A stretch of DNA of 64,000 nt, from contig JAZKYL010000147.1 in the NCBI GenBank assembly GCA_045612105.1, positions 884 to 64,883 on the forward strand, written 5' to 3'. Positions 7,473 through 17,327 of this stretch are shown piece by piece. The position numbers and the translations under genes are program-made. This stretch comes from Eubacteriales bacterium (lineage in GTDB: Bacteria > Bacillota > Clostridia > Oscillospirales > CAG-272). The notes below the pieces were generated by a model. That model made no database searches and was not told where the DNA came from. It saw nothing but the letters and a program-made list of their open reading frames with translations. Each line of letters starts with the position of its first letter. Position 1 is the first letter of the stretch.

Positions 7473-10400
7473 ATGAAAAAGACACAGTTTACAGCTGTTT
7501 TGCTGTCACTTTGCTTCGTTTTATTGGCTTTTGCCATAGGCGTTTTTGCGGTTGACGGTGAAATAGTCAGCGGAGACGTGAGCGGCGATGGGGTAGTGGA
7601 TATTAAAGACCTTATCCTATTGCGTCAGTATCTCGCTAATTTGAACTATGATACAGGCATTTCTTCGGTTGAGGTAAGTGCCGGTGCGGATGTGGATGGC
7701 AACGGTTTGGTTCGTCTTCACGATCTTTATCTTTTGAGAGAATATCTTGTAGATAAGGATTTTGATGACGATACAGAGGATACCGAGAGTGAGGAAACTA
7801 CGGAGGCTGAAACCGAGACGGAGCCCGAAATCAAATATAGCGAGGGGCTTGAATTTATTTCAAACGGCGACGGCACTTGCTACTTAAACGGAACGGGAAT
7901 TTGTACTGATACCGACATTGTTATTCCGCCGGTTTCTCCTGCGGGGGACAGGGTTACAAGGATCGGTGAAATGCTAATTATGGGCACCAATGTTACGAGC
8001 GTAGTGATTCCCGACAGTGTCACAATGATTGACACTAACGCGTTTCAAGGTTGCGAGAGTCTTACGAGTGTAACCATTGGAGACGGTGTTACAAGCATTG
8101 GTGATTCTGCGTTCAGAGGTTGCTCGAGTCTTACGAGCATCGTTTTCGGTGAAAACAGTCGGATCACAAGCATTGGTTATTCTGCGTTCTCGGGTTGCAC
8201 AAGCCTTACGAGCATAACTATCCCCGACAGTGTTACAAGCATTGGGGAGCATGCATTCAGTTGCTCGGGTCTTACGAGCATGACGATACCTAATAGTGTG
8301 ACGAGCATTGGTAATTATGCATTCTATGATTGCTCGGGTCTTGCGAGCATAACTATCCCCGACAGTGTAACAAGCATTGGTGGTGATGCGTTCTACGGTT
8401 GTTCGGGTCTTACGAGCATCGTTTTCGGTGAAAACAGTCAGATCACAAGCATTGGTTATTCTGCGTTCTCGGGTTGCACAAGCCTTACGAGCATAACTAT
8501 CCCCGACAGTGTTACAAGCATTGGTGATTATGCGTTCTCGCATTGCTCAAGCCTTGAGAGCATAACGATTCCCGACAGTGTAACAAGCATTGGTGATTTG
8601 GTGTTCATGAACTGTTCAAATCTTGAGAGTGTAACTATTGGTAGCGGTGTTACAAGCATTGGTATTTCTGCGTTCCAAGGTTGCACAAGTCTTACGAGTG
8701 TCAAAATCGGCAGTGGTATCATAGTTATTGAGTGGGCGGCATTCTCCGGTTGCTCAAGTCTTGAGACGGTATATTATAATGGAAGCAGGGCGTGTTGGTT
8801 GAAGATCAGCATTGATTCGGGTAACGAATACCTAACGAATGCGAATATAATTTTTGATATCGAATGCGTTTTCGGTGACTGGGTCACTGTGAAGGGTGCG
8901 AGCTGCACCGAGGACGGTGAGATGGAGCGCGTTTGCGAGTGCGGCGAAAAGGAGACTCAAACAATAGCGGCATTGGGTCATACTGAGGTTATTGACGCGG
9001 CGGTTGCGGCGACTTGTACCGAGAGCGGTTTGACCGAGGGTAAGCACTGTGGTGTTTGCGGTGAGGTTCTTGTTGAGCAAGAAGTTATTGCAGCACTTGG
9101 TCACACCGAGGTTGTTGACGCGGCGGTTGCGGCGACTTGTACCGAGAGCGGTTTGACCGAGGGCAAGCACTGCTCGGTTTGCGGTGAGGTTCTTGTTGAG
9201 CAAGAAGTTATTGCGGCACTTGGTCACACCGAGGTTATTGATGCGGCGGTGGCGGCGACTTGTACCGAGAGCGGTTTGACAGAAGGAAAGCACTGTGGTG
9301 TTTGTGATGTAGTTCTTGTTGAGCAAGAAGTTATTGCGGCACTTGGACACACCGAGGTTATTGACGAGGCGGTAGCGGTTACTTGTACCGAGAGCGGTTT
9401 GACAGAAGGAAAGCACTGTGGTGTTTGCGATGTAGTTCTTGTTGAGCAAGAGGTTATTGCGGCACTTGGTCACACTGCGGGTCAAACTGTTGTAGAGAAT
9501 AACGTAGCACCCGATTGTGTAAACAACGGTTCTTACGACAACGTAATTTACTGTACCGTGTGTGGCGATGAGATTACCAGAAATACAGTTACTGTTGACG
9601 CGCTGGGTCACGATGAGGTTATTGACGCGGCGGTTGAGGCGACTTGTACCGAGAGCGGTTTGACCGAGGGTAAGCACTGTGGTGTTTGTGATGTAGTTCT
9701 TGTTGAGCAAGAAGTTATTGCGGCACTTGGTCACACTGAGGGTTCTGCGGTAATGGAGAATCAGGTATCCTCTACTTGTGTTGTAAACGGTGGATACGAT
9801 AGCGTGGTCTACTGTTCGGTATGTACAACAGAGATTTCGAGAACGTCTGTGACACTTCCTTTGGCGGAGCATACGGTTGTTGACCGTGAATGTACCGTAT
9901 GTGATTATATTGAGCCCAGCGTAGGCTTGGCATATACGTTAAGTGACGATGGCACTTACTATTCCGTTAGCGGTAAAGGTGAGTGTACGGATATGATAAT
10001 CGTTATTCCCGACACATACAACGGTTTGCCGGTTAGAGAAATCGGAAAGCTTGCGTTCAATAATTTCTCGGGTACGACCGTGCATATTCCCGCATCGGTA
10101 TCCATGATAGGAGAAAGAGCTTTCAGTGGTTACTCAAGTAATCTTTCCTCTATTCAGGTGGCGGTAGACAACCCATATTACAAATCCGTGAACGGCACGG
10201 TTTACAGCAAGGACGGTTCTGTGCTTGTTTGCTATGCACCGAACAATCCCGCAAAGACATTCACACTTCCGGATAATGTAACAGAAATCGGTGCGTACGC
10301 TTTTAGTTATGCGGATGTGCTGACAAGATTTGTAACCACAAAGAACAGCTCTCTTACAAAGATCGGTGATTGGGCATTTGAAGAAGCTACTTACATCAGT

Positions 10401-13400
10401 GAGTTTGTGCTTCCCGATACTATATGCGAATTGGGAGAGGGTGCTTTTTCCAGCTGTAAGTCGTTGGAGCAGATCCCGAATCTCGGACAGGTAACCGAAA
10501 TTGCTCCGTATCTATTCAATGACTGTAACTGGGAGCTTCACGAGGTCGTGATCCCCGATGGAATTACAACGATTGGGGAGTGGGCTTTCAGTTATTGTGA
10601 TGAACTTGAATTCGTATGGATTCCTACGAGTGTAACGTACATAGGTGATTCTGCATTTGATAACGCTTTTGGCTATACAACGATAGAATATCTCGGAACC
10701 CGTGCGGAGTGGGATAGTGTTACAAAGCATTACTATTTTGCCAAAAACTATTTGGTTCGTTGTGCCGGAGAGATGAGTGAGAATCTTTCCTTCACGCTTT
10801 CCTCTGACGGTACGTATTACATACTTAGCGGAATCGGAACGTGCACAGACAAGGATCTGTTGATTCCTTCGAGCTACAACGGAAAGCCTGTTAAGGAAAT
10901 TGCAAGCGGTGCTTTCAATTCTACTTTGGTAAGAGTTACGATTCCCGACAGTGTTGAAATAATCGGAAGCCAGGCGTTCTACTATAACTATTATCTCACC
11001 CGCGTAGAGCTTGGCAATGGAATCAAAAGCATTGGTGATTCTGCGTTCTACGGTTGCTCGGGTCTTACAAGTATAACTATACCCAATAGTGTAACGAGTA
11101 TAGGTAATTCTGCGTTCTTTAATTGCTCAAACCTTACAAGTGTAACTATCGGAAACAGTGTCACCAGCATTGGTTCTTCTGCGTTCGAGGGTTGCTCGGA
11201 TCTTGAAAGTATTGTTGTCGAAAATGGTAATTCCAAATATCACAGTGCAGGGAACTGTATAATAGAGACCGAAAGCAAAACGCTTATACTCGGTTGCAAA
11301 AACAGTGTAATTCCCACGGACGGCAGTGTAACAAGCATTGGTGATTCTGCGTTCGACGGTTGCTCGGGTCTTACGAGCGTAGTGATTCCCGACAGTGTAA
11401 TAAGCATTGGTAATTATGCGTTCTATAATTGTGATAACCTTACGAGCATAACTATACCGGAAGGTGTAACAAGCATTGAAAGTTGCGCCTTTGCTCACTG
11501 CGACAGTCTTGTTAGCGTGACTGTGCCGCGCTCGGTCACCTTTATCGGCTGGAATGCATTTTACTCTTGTGATAATCTGACCATTTACTGTAACCGTGTG
11601 GAGGCGCATCCGAATTGGGATAGTAGTTGGAATTCCTCAAATTGTCCTGTAGAATGGCTTACTCCCAGCGAGGGACTGGAATATATATGTCACGGCTCGT
11701 ATTACTACGTAAGTGGCGTTGGTGACTGCCGCTATGATTCGGTTATCGTTATTCCTTCTACCTATCAGTCACTTCCTGTTATCGGAATTGAGTCTTATGC
11801 GTTTGAATACTGCTGGGCAGAGGAGATAATTCTTCCCGATTCTATCCTATATATTGAAGATTATGCGTTCTATTATGCATCGAGCCTTGTGAGCATTGAC
11901 ATCCCTTCGAGTATCATTTACATAGGTGCATATGCTTTTGATGGTTGCTACTATCTTGAAAAGGTTAATTTTGAGGACACGAGCTGCTGGTATGTGAACG
12001 GTGCTTCGATGTCTGCTGAAATGTCCGATCCTGTTTTGATGGCGGAGTATCTGACCTATACGTACTCGAACAGCACATGGAATCATCACTACAATGCATA
12101 TGGCTATGAGAATCCATATTTCATTAGTTTTCCGACCTGCACGGAAGACGGTTTGGTAGAGTATTATTTCGACTGTTTTTATTGTTACGAAAGGGTGGCA
12201 ACCTATCGTAGTATTATTCCGGCGACGGGACATGAAGGTACGTATGAATACGCACAAGAAAATTACACACCTCCTACATGTACCGTAGCCGGCGGATATG
12301 ATGGCATCTATAATTGCTATAGTTGCGGTGAATATGCATATACGGAATACGTAACCGTTCCCGCAACCGGTCACACCGAGGTTATTGATGCACAAGTTAA
12401 TCCTACTTGTACTACCGGTGGACTGACACAAGGAAAGCACTGTTCGGTTTGCGAGGTGATTATCGTACCTCAATATGAGATCAATGCGCTTGGACATACC
12501 TACAATTCGGTTACAACTATGCCTTCTTGTACGGAACAGGGTTACACAACACACACCTGTTATTGCGGTTATACGTACATTGATTCCTACGTTGACGCAC
12601 CGGGTCACGATGAGGTGATTGACGCGGCGGTTGAGGCAACTTGTACCAAGAGCGGTCTTACCGAGGGCAAGCACTGTGGTGTTTGCGATGTAGTTCTTGT
12701 TGAGCAAGAGGTTGTTGCGGCATTAGGTCACACATATAATGATGAAAATACCTGTATCGCTTGTGGAGATTATAAGGATAAGGGAGTTGTGTTTACTCTT
12801 TCGGGTAATGAGTACAGTGTGACGGGTTATACCGGAAGTGCAACCGAGATTATCATTCCTTCCACGTATAAGGGTTATCCTGTTACGAGCATTGGCGATA
12901 CTGCGTTCTATGGTTGCGCTGATATTAAGAGTATCACGATTCCCGAGGGAGTCACGAATATTGGCGAAAGTTCGTTCTACGGATGCATTAGCCTGAGGAC
13001 TATTTCAATTCCAAATAGTATAATTGATGTTGGTGATTCTGCATTCAGAGATTGTACAAAGCTTGCCTATAAATATTACGAAAACGCATGCTATCTCGGT
13101 AATGAAGCAAATCCTTACGTAGTACTTTTAAAAGCAGTAAGTAGTGAAATTCTTTACTGTGACGTTCATGAAAATACGAAGGTCATCTATAGTGGTGCGT
13201 TCCAGTGGAACGGAAGACTTGTTAGCGTTCAAATTCCGAACAGTGTCACGAGCATTGGTTCCTATGCTTTCTACTATTGTAGTAATATGGGTCAAGTTAG
13301 TATTCCCAGAAACGTGACGAGAATTGGCAATTGCGCATTCACTCATTGTTTAATACAAACTGTCAATATCGGAAACAAGATGACGACCATTGGGTATGCT

Positions 13401-15242
13401 GTGTTTGCTGAATGCGAAAGACTTACCAAAGTCACAATCGCAAGTAGTGTTACAAGTATCGAGAAGGAGGCTTTCGAAGGATGCACAAACCTTACGAGCA
13501 TCACAATCCCCAGTAGTGTAACAAGTATTGATGGAAGCGCATTCTCGGGATGCACAAACCTTACGAGCATCACTGTACAGAGTGGCAACACCAAATATCA
13601 CAGTAGAGGTAACTGCTTGATAGAAACTGCAAGCAAGGAATTGATATTAGGATGCAAAAACAGTGTTATACCCACAGATGGTAGTGTCACAAGCATTGGT
13701 GAATCTGCGTTCGAAGGTTGCTCGGGTCTTACGAGCGTAACAATTCCCGACGGTGTTACAAGCATTGGTAATTCTGCGTTCTCCGGTTGCTCGGGTCTTG
13801 AGACGGTATATTATAATGGATGCAGAGGGAGTTGGTCAGGGATCAGCATTGATTCGAATAACGGATATCTAACGAATGCGAATATAATTTTTGCCATCGA
13901 ATGCGTTTTCGGTGACTGGGTAACGACAAAGAATGCGACCTGCACCGAGTACGGTGTGATGGAACGCGTTTACGAGTGCGGTGAAAAGGAGACTACGGTG
14001 ATAGCAGCACTTGGACACACCGAGGTTGTTGACGCGGCGGTTGCAGCAACTTGTACTGAGAGCGGTTTGACTGAGGGTAAGCATTGCTCGGTTTGCGGTG
14101 AGGTGCTTGTTGAGCAGGTTGTTGTGGCACCTGGACACACCGAGGTAATTGACGCGGCGGTGGCGGCTACCTGTACCGAGAGCGGTTTGACAGAAGGCAA
14201 GCACTGTGGTGTTTGCGATGAGGTTATTGTGGCGCAGGTCGTTGCCCCAGCACTGGGACACAACGTAGGTGCAGACGGTTTTTGTGCTAAGTGTGACGAG
14301 CCTTTATGTGCTACCTCGGGCATATCGTATTCGATCTCCGAGGACGGAACGTATGCGATAGTGTCTGGCTATACCGGTTCCTATACCCGTGTAGTGATAG
14401 CGAGTGAATATGAAAGTCTTCCGGTAAAAATGATCGGTAACCGTGCTTTTTATGATAATGACAGCATCACAAAAGTACATATCCCCGACAGTGTCACGAG
14501 CATTGGTTCTTATGCGTTTGCGTTTTGCTCAAAATTCACAAGTATAACCATCGGAAATGGTGTCACAAGTATTGGGGATGGTGCATTCTACTATTGCTCG
14601 GGTCTTACGAGCATAACGATTCCCGACAGTGTAACAAGCATTGGTTATAATGTGTTCTACTATTGCTCGGGTCTTGAAAGTATTATTGTCGAAAATGGTA
14701 ATTCCAAATATCATAGTGCGGGGAACTGTATAATAGAAACCGAAAGTAAGACGCTTATACTCGGTTGCAAAAACAGTGTGATACCCACGGACGGCAGTGT
14801 AACAAGCATAGGTAATTATGCATTCAATAATTGTGATGATCTTACGAGCATAACTATCCCCGACAGTGTGACGAGCATTGGTGATGATGCGTTTTACTGG
14901 TGCTCGGGTCTTACGTGCGTTGTTTTCGGTGAAAACAGCCAGCTTACAAGCATTGGAAGTAGTGCGTTCAGCGGTTGCTCGGGTCTTACGAGCATAACGA
15001 TTCCCGACGGTGTAACAAGCATTGATTCTTTTGCGTTTAGCTATTGCCGTGGCCTTGCGAGCATAACAATCCCCGATAGTGTCACAAGCATTGGTTATTC
15101 TGCTTTCAACAATTGCGACGGTCTTGAGACGGTATGTTATACGGGAACCGAGGAAGAATGGGCGGCTATCAGCAAGGGTTCTTCTAATGATCCCCTCACT
15201 AGTGCCGTAATTATCTGCAACTATGTTCCCGAGGGGCAATAA
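7473..15242 (+). CDS. giant secreted cell-surface protein: signal peptide, N-terminal dockerin, BspA-type leucine-rich repeats, Cys-containing 41-aa repeats
   Basis: 2589-aa ORF with AAGGAG RBS and signal peptide MKKTQFTAVLLSLCFVLLAFAIGVFA. The dockerin (nt 7572-7751) has two Ca-loop motifs, DVSGDGVVDIKD and DVDGNGLVRLHD. There are many SVTSIGxxAFxGCSxLTSITIPD repeats of about 23 aa. Confidence 0.9.
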   Translation: MKKTQFTAVLLSLCFVLLAFAIGVFAVDGEIVSGDVSGDGVVDIKDLILLRQYLANLNYDTGISSVEVSAGADVDGNGLVRLHDLYLLREYLVDKDFDDDTEDTESEETTEAETETEPEIKYSEGLEFISNGDGTCYLNGTGICTDTDIVIPPVSPAGDRVTRIGEMLIMGTNVTSVVIPDSVTMIDTNAFQGCESLTSVTIGDGVTSIGDSAFRGCSSLTSIVFGENSRITSIGYSAFSGCTSLTSITIPDSVTSIGEHAFSCSGLTSMTIPNSVTSIGNYAFYDCSGLASITIPDSVTSIGGDAFYGCSGLTSIVFGENSQITSIGYSAFSGCTSLTSITIPDSVTSIGDYAFSHCSSLESITIPDSVTSIGDLVFMNCSNLESVTIGSGVTSIGISAFQGCTSLTSVKIGSGIIVIEWAAFSGCSSLETVYYNGSRACWLKISIDSGNEYLTNANIIFDIECVFGDWVTVKGASCTEDGEMERVCECGEKETQTIAALGHTEVIDAAVAATCTESGLTEGKHCGVCGEVLVEQEVIAALGHTEVVDAAVAATCTESGLTEGKHCSVCGEVLVEQEVIAALGHTEVIDAAVAATCTESGLTEGKHCGVCDVVLVEQEVIAALGHTEVIDEAVAVTCTESGLTEGKHCGVCDVVLVEQEVIAALGHTAGQTVVENNVAPDCVNNGSYDNVIYCTVCGDEITRNTVTVDALGHDEVIDAAVEATCTESGLTEGKHCGVCDVVLVEQEVIAALGHTEGSAVMENQVSSTCVVNGGYDSVVYCSVCTTEISRTSVTLPLAEHTVVDRECTVCDYIEPSVGLAYTLSDDGTYYSVSGKGECTDMIIVIPDTYNGLPVREIGKLAFNNFSGTTVHIPASVSMIGERAFSGYSSNLSSIQVAVDNPYYKSVNGTVYSKDGSVLVCYAPNNPAKTFTLPDNVTEIGAYAFSYADVLTRFVTTKNSSLTKIGDWAFEEATYISEFVLPDTICELGEGAFSSCKSLEQIPNLGQVTEIAPYLFNDCNWELHEVVIPDGITTIGEWAFSYCDELEFVWIPTSVTYIGDSAFDNAFGYTTIEYLGTRAEWDSVTKHYYFAKNYLVRCAGEMSENLSFTLSSDGTYYILSGIGTCTDKDLLIPSSYNGKPVKEIASGAFNSTLVRVTIPDSVEIIGSQAFYYNYYLTRVELGNGIKSIGDSAFYGCSGLTSITIPNSVTSIGNSAFFNCSNLTSVTIGNSVTSIGSSAFEGCSDLESIVVENGNSKYHSAGNCIIETESKTLILGCKNSVIPTDGSVTSIGDSAFDGCSGLTSVVIPDSVISIGNYAFYNCDNLTSITIPEGVTSIESCAFAHCDSLVSVTVPRSVTFIGWNAFYSCDNLTIYCNRVEAHPNWDSSWNSSNCPVEWLTPSEGLEYICHGSYYYVSGVGDCRYDSVIVIPSTYQSLPVIGIESYAFEYCWAEEIILPDSILYIEDYAFYYASSLVSIDIPSSIIYIGAYAFDGCYYLEKVNFEDTSCWYVNGASMSAEMSDPVLMAEYLTYTYSNSTWNHHYNAYGYENPYFISFPTCTEDGLVEYYFDCFYCYERVATYRSIIPATGHEGTYEYAQENYTPPTCTVAGGYDGIYNCYSCGEYAYTEYVTVPATGHTEVIDAQVNPTCTTGGLTQGKHCSVCEVIIVPQYEINALGHTYNSVTTMPSCTEQGYTTHTCYCGYTYIDSYVDAPGHDEVIDAAVEATCTKSGLTEGKHCGVCDVVLVEQEVVAALGHTYNDENTCIACGDYKDKGVVFTLSGNEYSVTGYTGSATEIIIPSTYKGYPVTSIGDTAFYGCADIKSITIPEGVTNIGESSFYGCISLRTISIPNSIIDVGDSAFRDCTKLAYKYYENACYLGNEANPYVVLLKAVSSEILYCDVHENTKVIYSGAFQWNGRLVSVQIPNSVTSIGSYAFYYCSNMGQVSIPRNVTRIGNCAFTHCLIQTVNIGNKMTTIGYAVFAECERLTKVTIASSVTSIEKEAFEGCTNLTSITIPSSVTSIDGSAFSGCTNLTSITVQSGNTKYHSRGNCLIETASKELILGCKNSVIPTDGSVTSIGESAFEGCSGLTSVTIPDGVTSIGNSAFSGCSGLETVYYNGCRGSWSGISIDSNNGYLTNANIIFAIECVFGDWVTTKNATCTEYGVMERVYECGEKETTVIAALGHTEVVDAAVAATCTESGLTEGKHCSVCGEVLVEQVVVAPGHTEVIDAAVAATCTESGLTEGKHCGVCDEVIVAQVVAPALGHNVGADGFCAKCDEPLCATSGISYSISEDGTYAIVSGYTGSYTRVVIASEYESLPVKMIGNRAFYDNDSITKVHIPDSVTSIGSYAFAFCSKFTSITIGNGVTSIGDGAFYYCSGLTSITIPDSVTSIGYNVFYYCSGLESIIVENGNSKYHSAGNCIIETESKTLILGCKNSVIPTDGSVTSIGNYAFNNCDDLTSITIPDSVTSIGDDAFYWCSGLTCVVFGENSQLTSIGSSAFSGCSGLTSITIPDGVTSIDSFAFSYCRGLASITIPDSVTSIGYSAFNNCDGLETVCYTGTEEEWAAISKGSSNDPLTSAVIICNYVPEGQ
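8970..9872 (+). repeat. in-gene tandem array 1 of the 41-aa (123-nt) repeat ALGHTEVIDAAVAATCTESGLTEGKHCGVCGEVLVEQEVIA
   Basis: About seven units with a 123-nt period (starts near 8970, 9093, 9216, 9339, ...). Several are nearly identical at the nucleotide level. Two are diverged, longer variants. Confidence 0.85.
12219..12773 (+). repeat. in-gene array 2 of the GH...C-x10-C-x2-C repeat (diverged units)
   Basis: Units begin ATGHEG, ATGHTEVIDAQV, ALGHTYN, APGHDEVIDAAVEATCTKSG and ALGHTYND. Confidence 0.7.
14004..14310 (+). repeat. in-gene array 3 of the 41-aa Cys repeat
   Basis: Two near-identical units (GHTEVVDAAVAATCTESGLTEGKHCSVCGEVLVEQ) plus one degenerate unit. The flanking sequence 13780-14000 duplicates 8740-8960. 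Confidence 0.75.
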
Positions 15243-15251
15243 ATGATTTTG

Positions 15252-15274
15252 GGCGGCTTTCGAGCCGCCTTTTT
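15252..15274 (+). terminator. rho-independent terminator of the giant gene
   Basis: GGCGGCT (15252-15258), loop TTCG, AGCCGCC (15263-15269), then TTTTT. Confidence 0.8.
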
Positions 15275-15304
15275 CAAATTTTGATTTGTCGGAGAGATAA
15301 AATA

Positions 15305-15486
15305 ATGAAATGTTTCGCAAGCGAAACATTTCATGATGCTTCGCATCATGAAATGTGCTACGCACATGAAATGAAATTCGCCTTCATTCATATGCGCTTC
15401 TGCGCATTTCATGTTCCCAAGGAACATTTCATGGCGCAGCCATTTCATTTGCCGAAGGCAAATTTCATTGCGCACCTTTGGTGCGC
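15305..15486. repeat. tandem array of nine short, non-identical stem-loops with constant ATG...CAT stem bases and GAA/TTC linkers
   Basis: Hairpins at 15305-15334, 15327-15355, 15353-15367, 15371-15387, 15392-15407, 15411-15427, 15431-15443, 15447-15463 and 15470-15486. Spacing is about 18-23 nt. Confidence 0.8.
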
Positions 15487-15516
15487 TAAATTGCAATTTA
15501 TACGTTTAAGTTTTTC

Positions 15517-15545
15517 TTGACATGGGGAGAAAATGGTGATATAAT
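15517..15545 (+). promoter_or_regulatory. sigma-A promoter for the membrane-protein gene
   Basis: TTGACA at 15517-15522, 17-nt spacer, TGaTATAAT with the -10 box at 15540-15545. Confidence 0.6.
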
Positions 15546-15581
15546 TTAATTGAAAACTATTGAAAGGTTTAGGTTTTTGAT

Positions 15582-17261
15582 ATGAAGAAGATGAGTTTGA
15601 GGGGTAAAGTTATTTTATCTGTTATTTCGGGTATTGTTTTTACGCTTTTATTCTTTTATTTTGCGGTTCCTGCCATCAATCCCTCGTATCCCGGGTTTTG
15701 GGTGAGTCTTACGCTTGTGATTTTGTCGTTTGCGTATCCTTTTCTCTTTACAAAGGGTGAAGGTAAGACTGTAAAGAGAGAAAAGAAGACAAAGAGCGGT
15801 GTTATCAACATTCAATTTGATATGAACGGGTCGAATCTCAACAAGATAGTGGTTATTTTAGTTGCGATCCCGATCGTTATAATGATACTTGGCAATATTA
15901 TTTCGTCCACGGTATTCAACGCAAAGGGTTACGCGGCGGTCATCGAGGTGACCGAGGCGGATTTTGCCACCGATATGAAGGAGACGAATGAGGTCACCAA
16001 CATAGCTCTCATGGACGGTGACTCGGCGAGATATCTTGGCAACAAGACTCTTGGAAGTCTTTCGCATATGGTTTCCCAATACGTGGTATCCGACAACTAC
16101 ACTCAGATCAACTACAAATACACGCCCAAGAAGGTTGCAAACCTTGAGCACGCAGACTTTTTCAAGTGGTTTGCCAATATGGAGGAGGGTGTACCCGGAT
16201 ACGTTATGGTCGATCCTGTAAATAACAGCGCGGAGTACGTTGAGCTGAAAAAGCCCTTAAAGTACGTTGACAGCGCGTATTTTGGCGACGATCTTATGAG
16301 AAAGCTTCGTTTTGACTATCCTACAAAGATATTTGACGATTTTATCAGCTTTGAGGTTGATGACGAGGGAAATCCTTACTACATCATCACCTGTCTTAAG
16401 CCCAAGGTATTTCCTTTTGGCGCAATGGACGTTTCCGAGGCGATAATTTTCGATCCTTGCACCGGCGAGAGCCAGCTTTACGCGGTTGAGGATGTTCCCG
16501 CTTGGGTTGATGCTGTCTATTCGGGTGATCTTGCAGAGGAAAAGTACAACTGGTACGGCACTCTGTCTGGTGGCTTTATCAACAGTATTATCGGAAACAA
16601 GGACTGCAAGCAGACCACCGACGATTACGGTTACATCGTTATCGGTGACGACGTTTGGTATTACACGGGTGTTACCTCGGTGACGGCGGACGAGTCCAAC
16701 ATTGGATTTATCATTTCAAATGCCAGAACGGGAGAATACAAATATTATCCTGTAATCGGTGCTGAGGAGCACGGTGCTATGAACGCGGCTGAGGGTGAGG
16801 TTCAGGAAAAGGGATACGTGGCTTCCTTCCCGTCTCTTGTTAACGTTTCGGGTCAGGCATCTTACATTATGGTATTGAAGGATGCGGCAGGCTACGTTAA
16901 GCTTTACGCTCTCGTTAACGTTGAGCATCCCAGTGTTGTGGCTACAGCTCCCAATCAGGCGGAGGCTATGAAGGCTTACAAGGCGCTTATGGTTGAGAAT
17001 GGCATTACTGAAGAGGAAAAAGCACCCGAGGTTGAGACGAAGAATGCGGAGATCACGGTTGCCGAGATCAAAACTTATACGGTTGACGGAAACACGGTAT
17101 TCTATATCGTTGGTGACGACGGCTACTATTACAAGGGCCTTCTTCGCGACGATGAGTCTTTGATATTCGTATCGGTTGGTGACAAGCTTTCGGTCGAGTA
17201 TTCGGAGGGTGACGGTAACAAGATAAGAATTATTAAGAATTTTGACACGGTTCAGGAATAA
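15582..17261 (+). CDS. hypothetical membrane protein (N-terminal TM helices, large extracytoplasmic domain)
   Basis: 559-aa ORF with three hydrophobic segments in the first ~115 aa, followed by a soluble domain. No family recognised. Confidence 0.8.
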   Translation: MKKMSLRGKVILSVISGIVFTLLFFYFAVPAINPSYPGFWVSLTLVILSFAYPFLFTKGEGKTVKREKKTKSGVINIQFDMNGSNLNKIVVILVAIPIVIMILGNIISSTVFNAKGYAAVIEVTEADFATDMKETNEVTNIALMDGDSARYLGNKTLGSLSHMVSQYVVSDNYTQINYKYTPKKVANLEHADFFKWFANMEEGVPGYVMVDPVNNSAEYVELKKPLKYVDSAYFGDDLMRKLRFDYPTKIFDDFISFEVDDEGNPYYIITCLKPKVFPFGAMDVSEAIIFDPCTGESQLYAVEDVPAWVDAVYSGDLAEEKYNWYGTLSGGFINSIIGNKDCKQTTDDYGYIVIGDDVWYYTGVTSVTADESNIGFIISNARTGEYKYYPVIGAEEHGAMNAAEGEVQEKGYVASFPSLVNVSGQASYIMVLKDAAGYVKLYALVNVEHPSVVATAPNQAEAMKAYKALMVENGITEEEKAPEVETKNAEITVAEIKTYTVDGNTVFYIVGDDGYYYKGLLRDDESLIFVSVGDKLSVEYSEGDGNKIRIIKNFDTVQE

Positions 17262-17327
17262 TTTTCTTAAAATCTGCTTAATAATGTACTGATATAATTA
17301 ATTGAATAAAAGAGAGGAGGACGGGTC

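Noticed and set aside
7143-7555. Small ORFs 7143-7358 and 7367-7555 in the AT-rich gap
   Set aside because: The first runs across both arms of the inverted-repeat region and the terminator hairpin. The second overlaps the RBS and start of the giant gene. Neither has an RBS or plausible composition.
8970-9872. Regular 123-nt repeats that might be mistaken for a CRISPR array or VNTR
   Set aside because: They lie in frame inside the 2589-aa ORF and encode a conserved 41-aa Cys-containing protein repeat. There are no unique spacers and no cas genes in the window.
15221-15520. His/Cys/Met-rich small ORFs on both strands (15281-15520 plus, 15221-15496 minus) that could look like metal-binding peptides
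   Set aside because: Both strands give mirror-image HEM/FH-rich translations. The sequence is a chain of palindromes. There is no RBS, and the ORFs are a by-product of the hairpin array.
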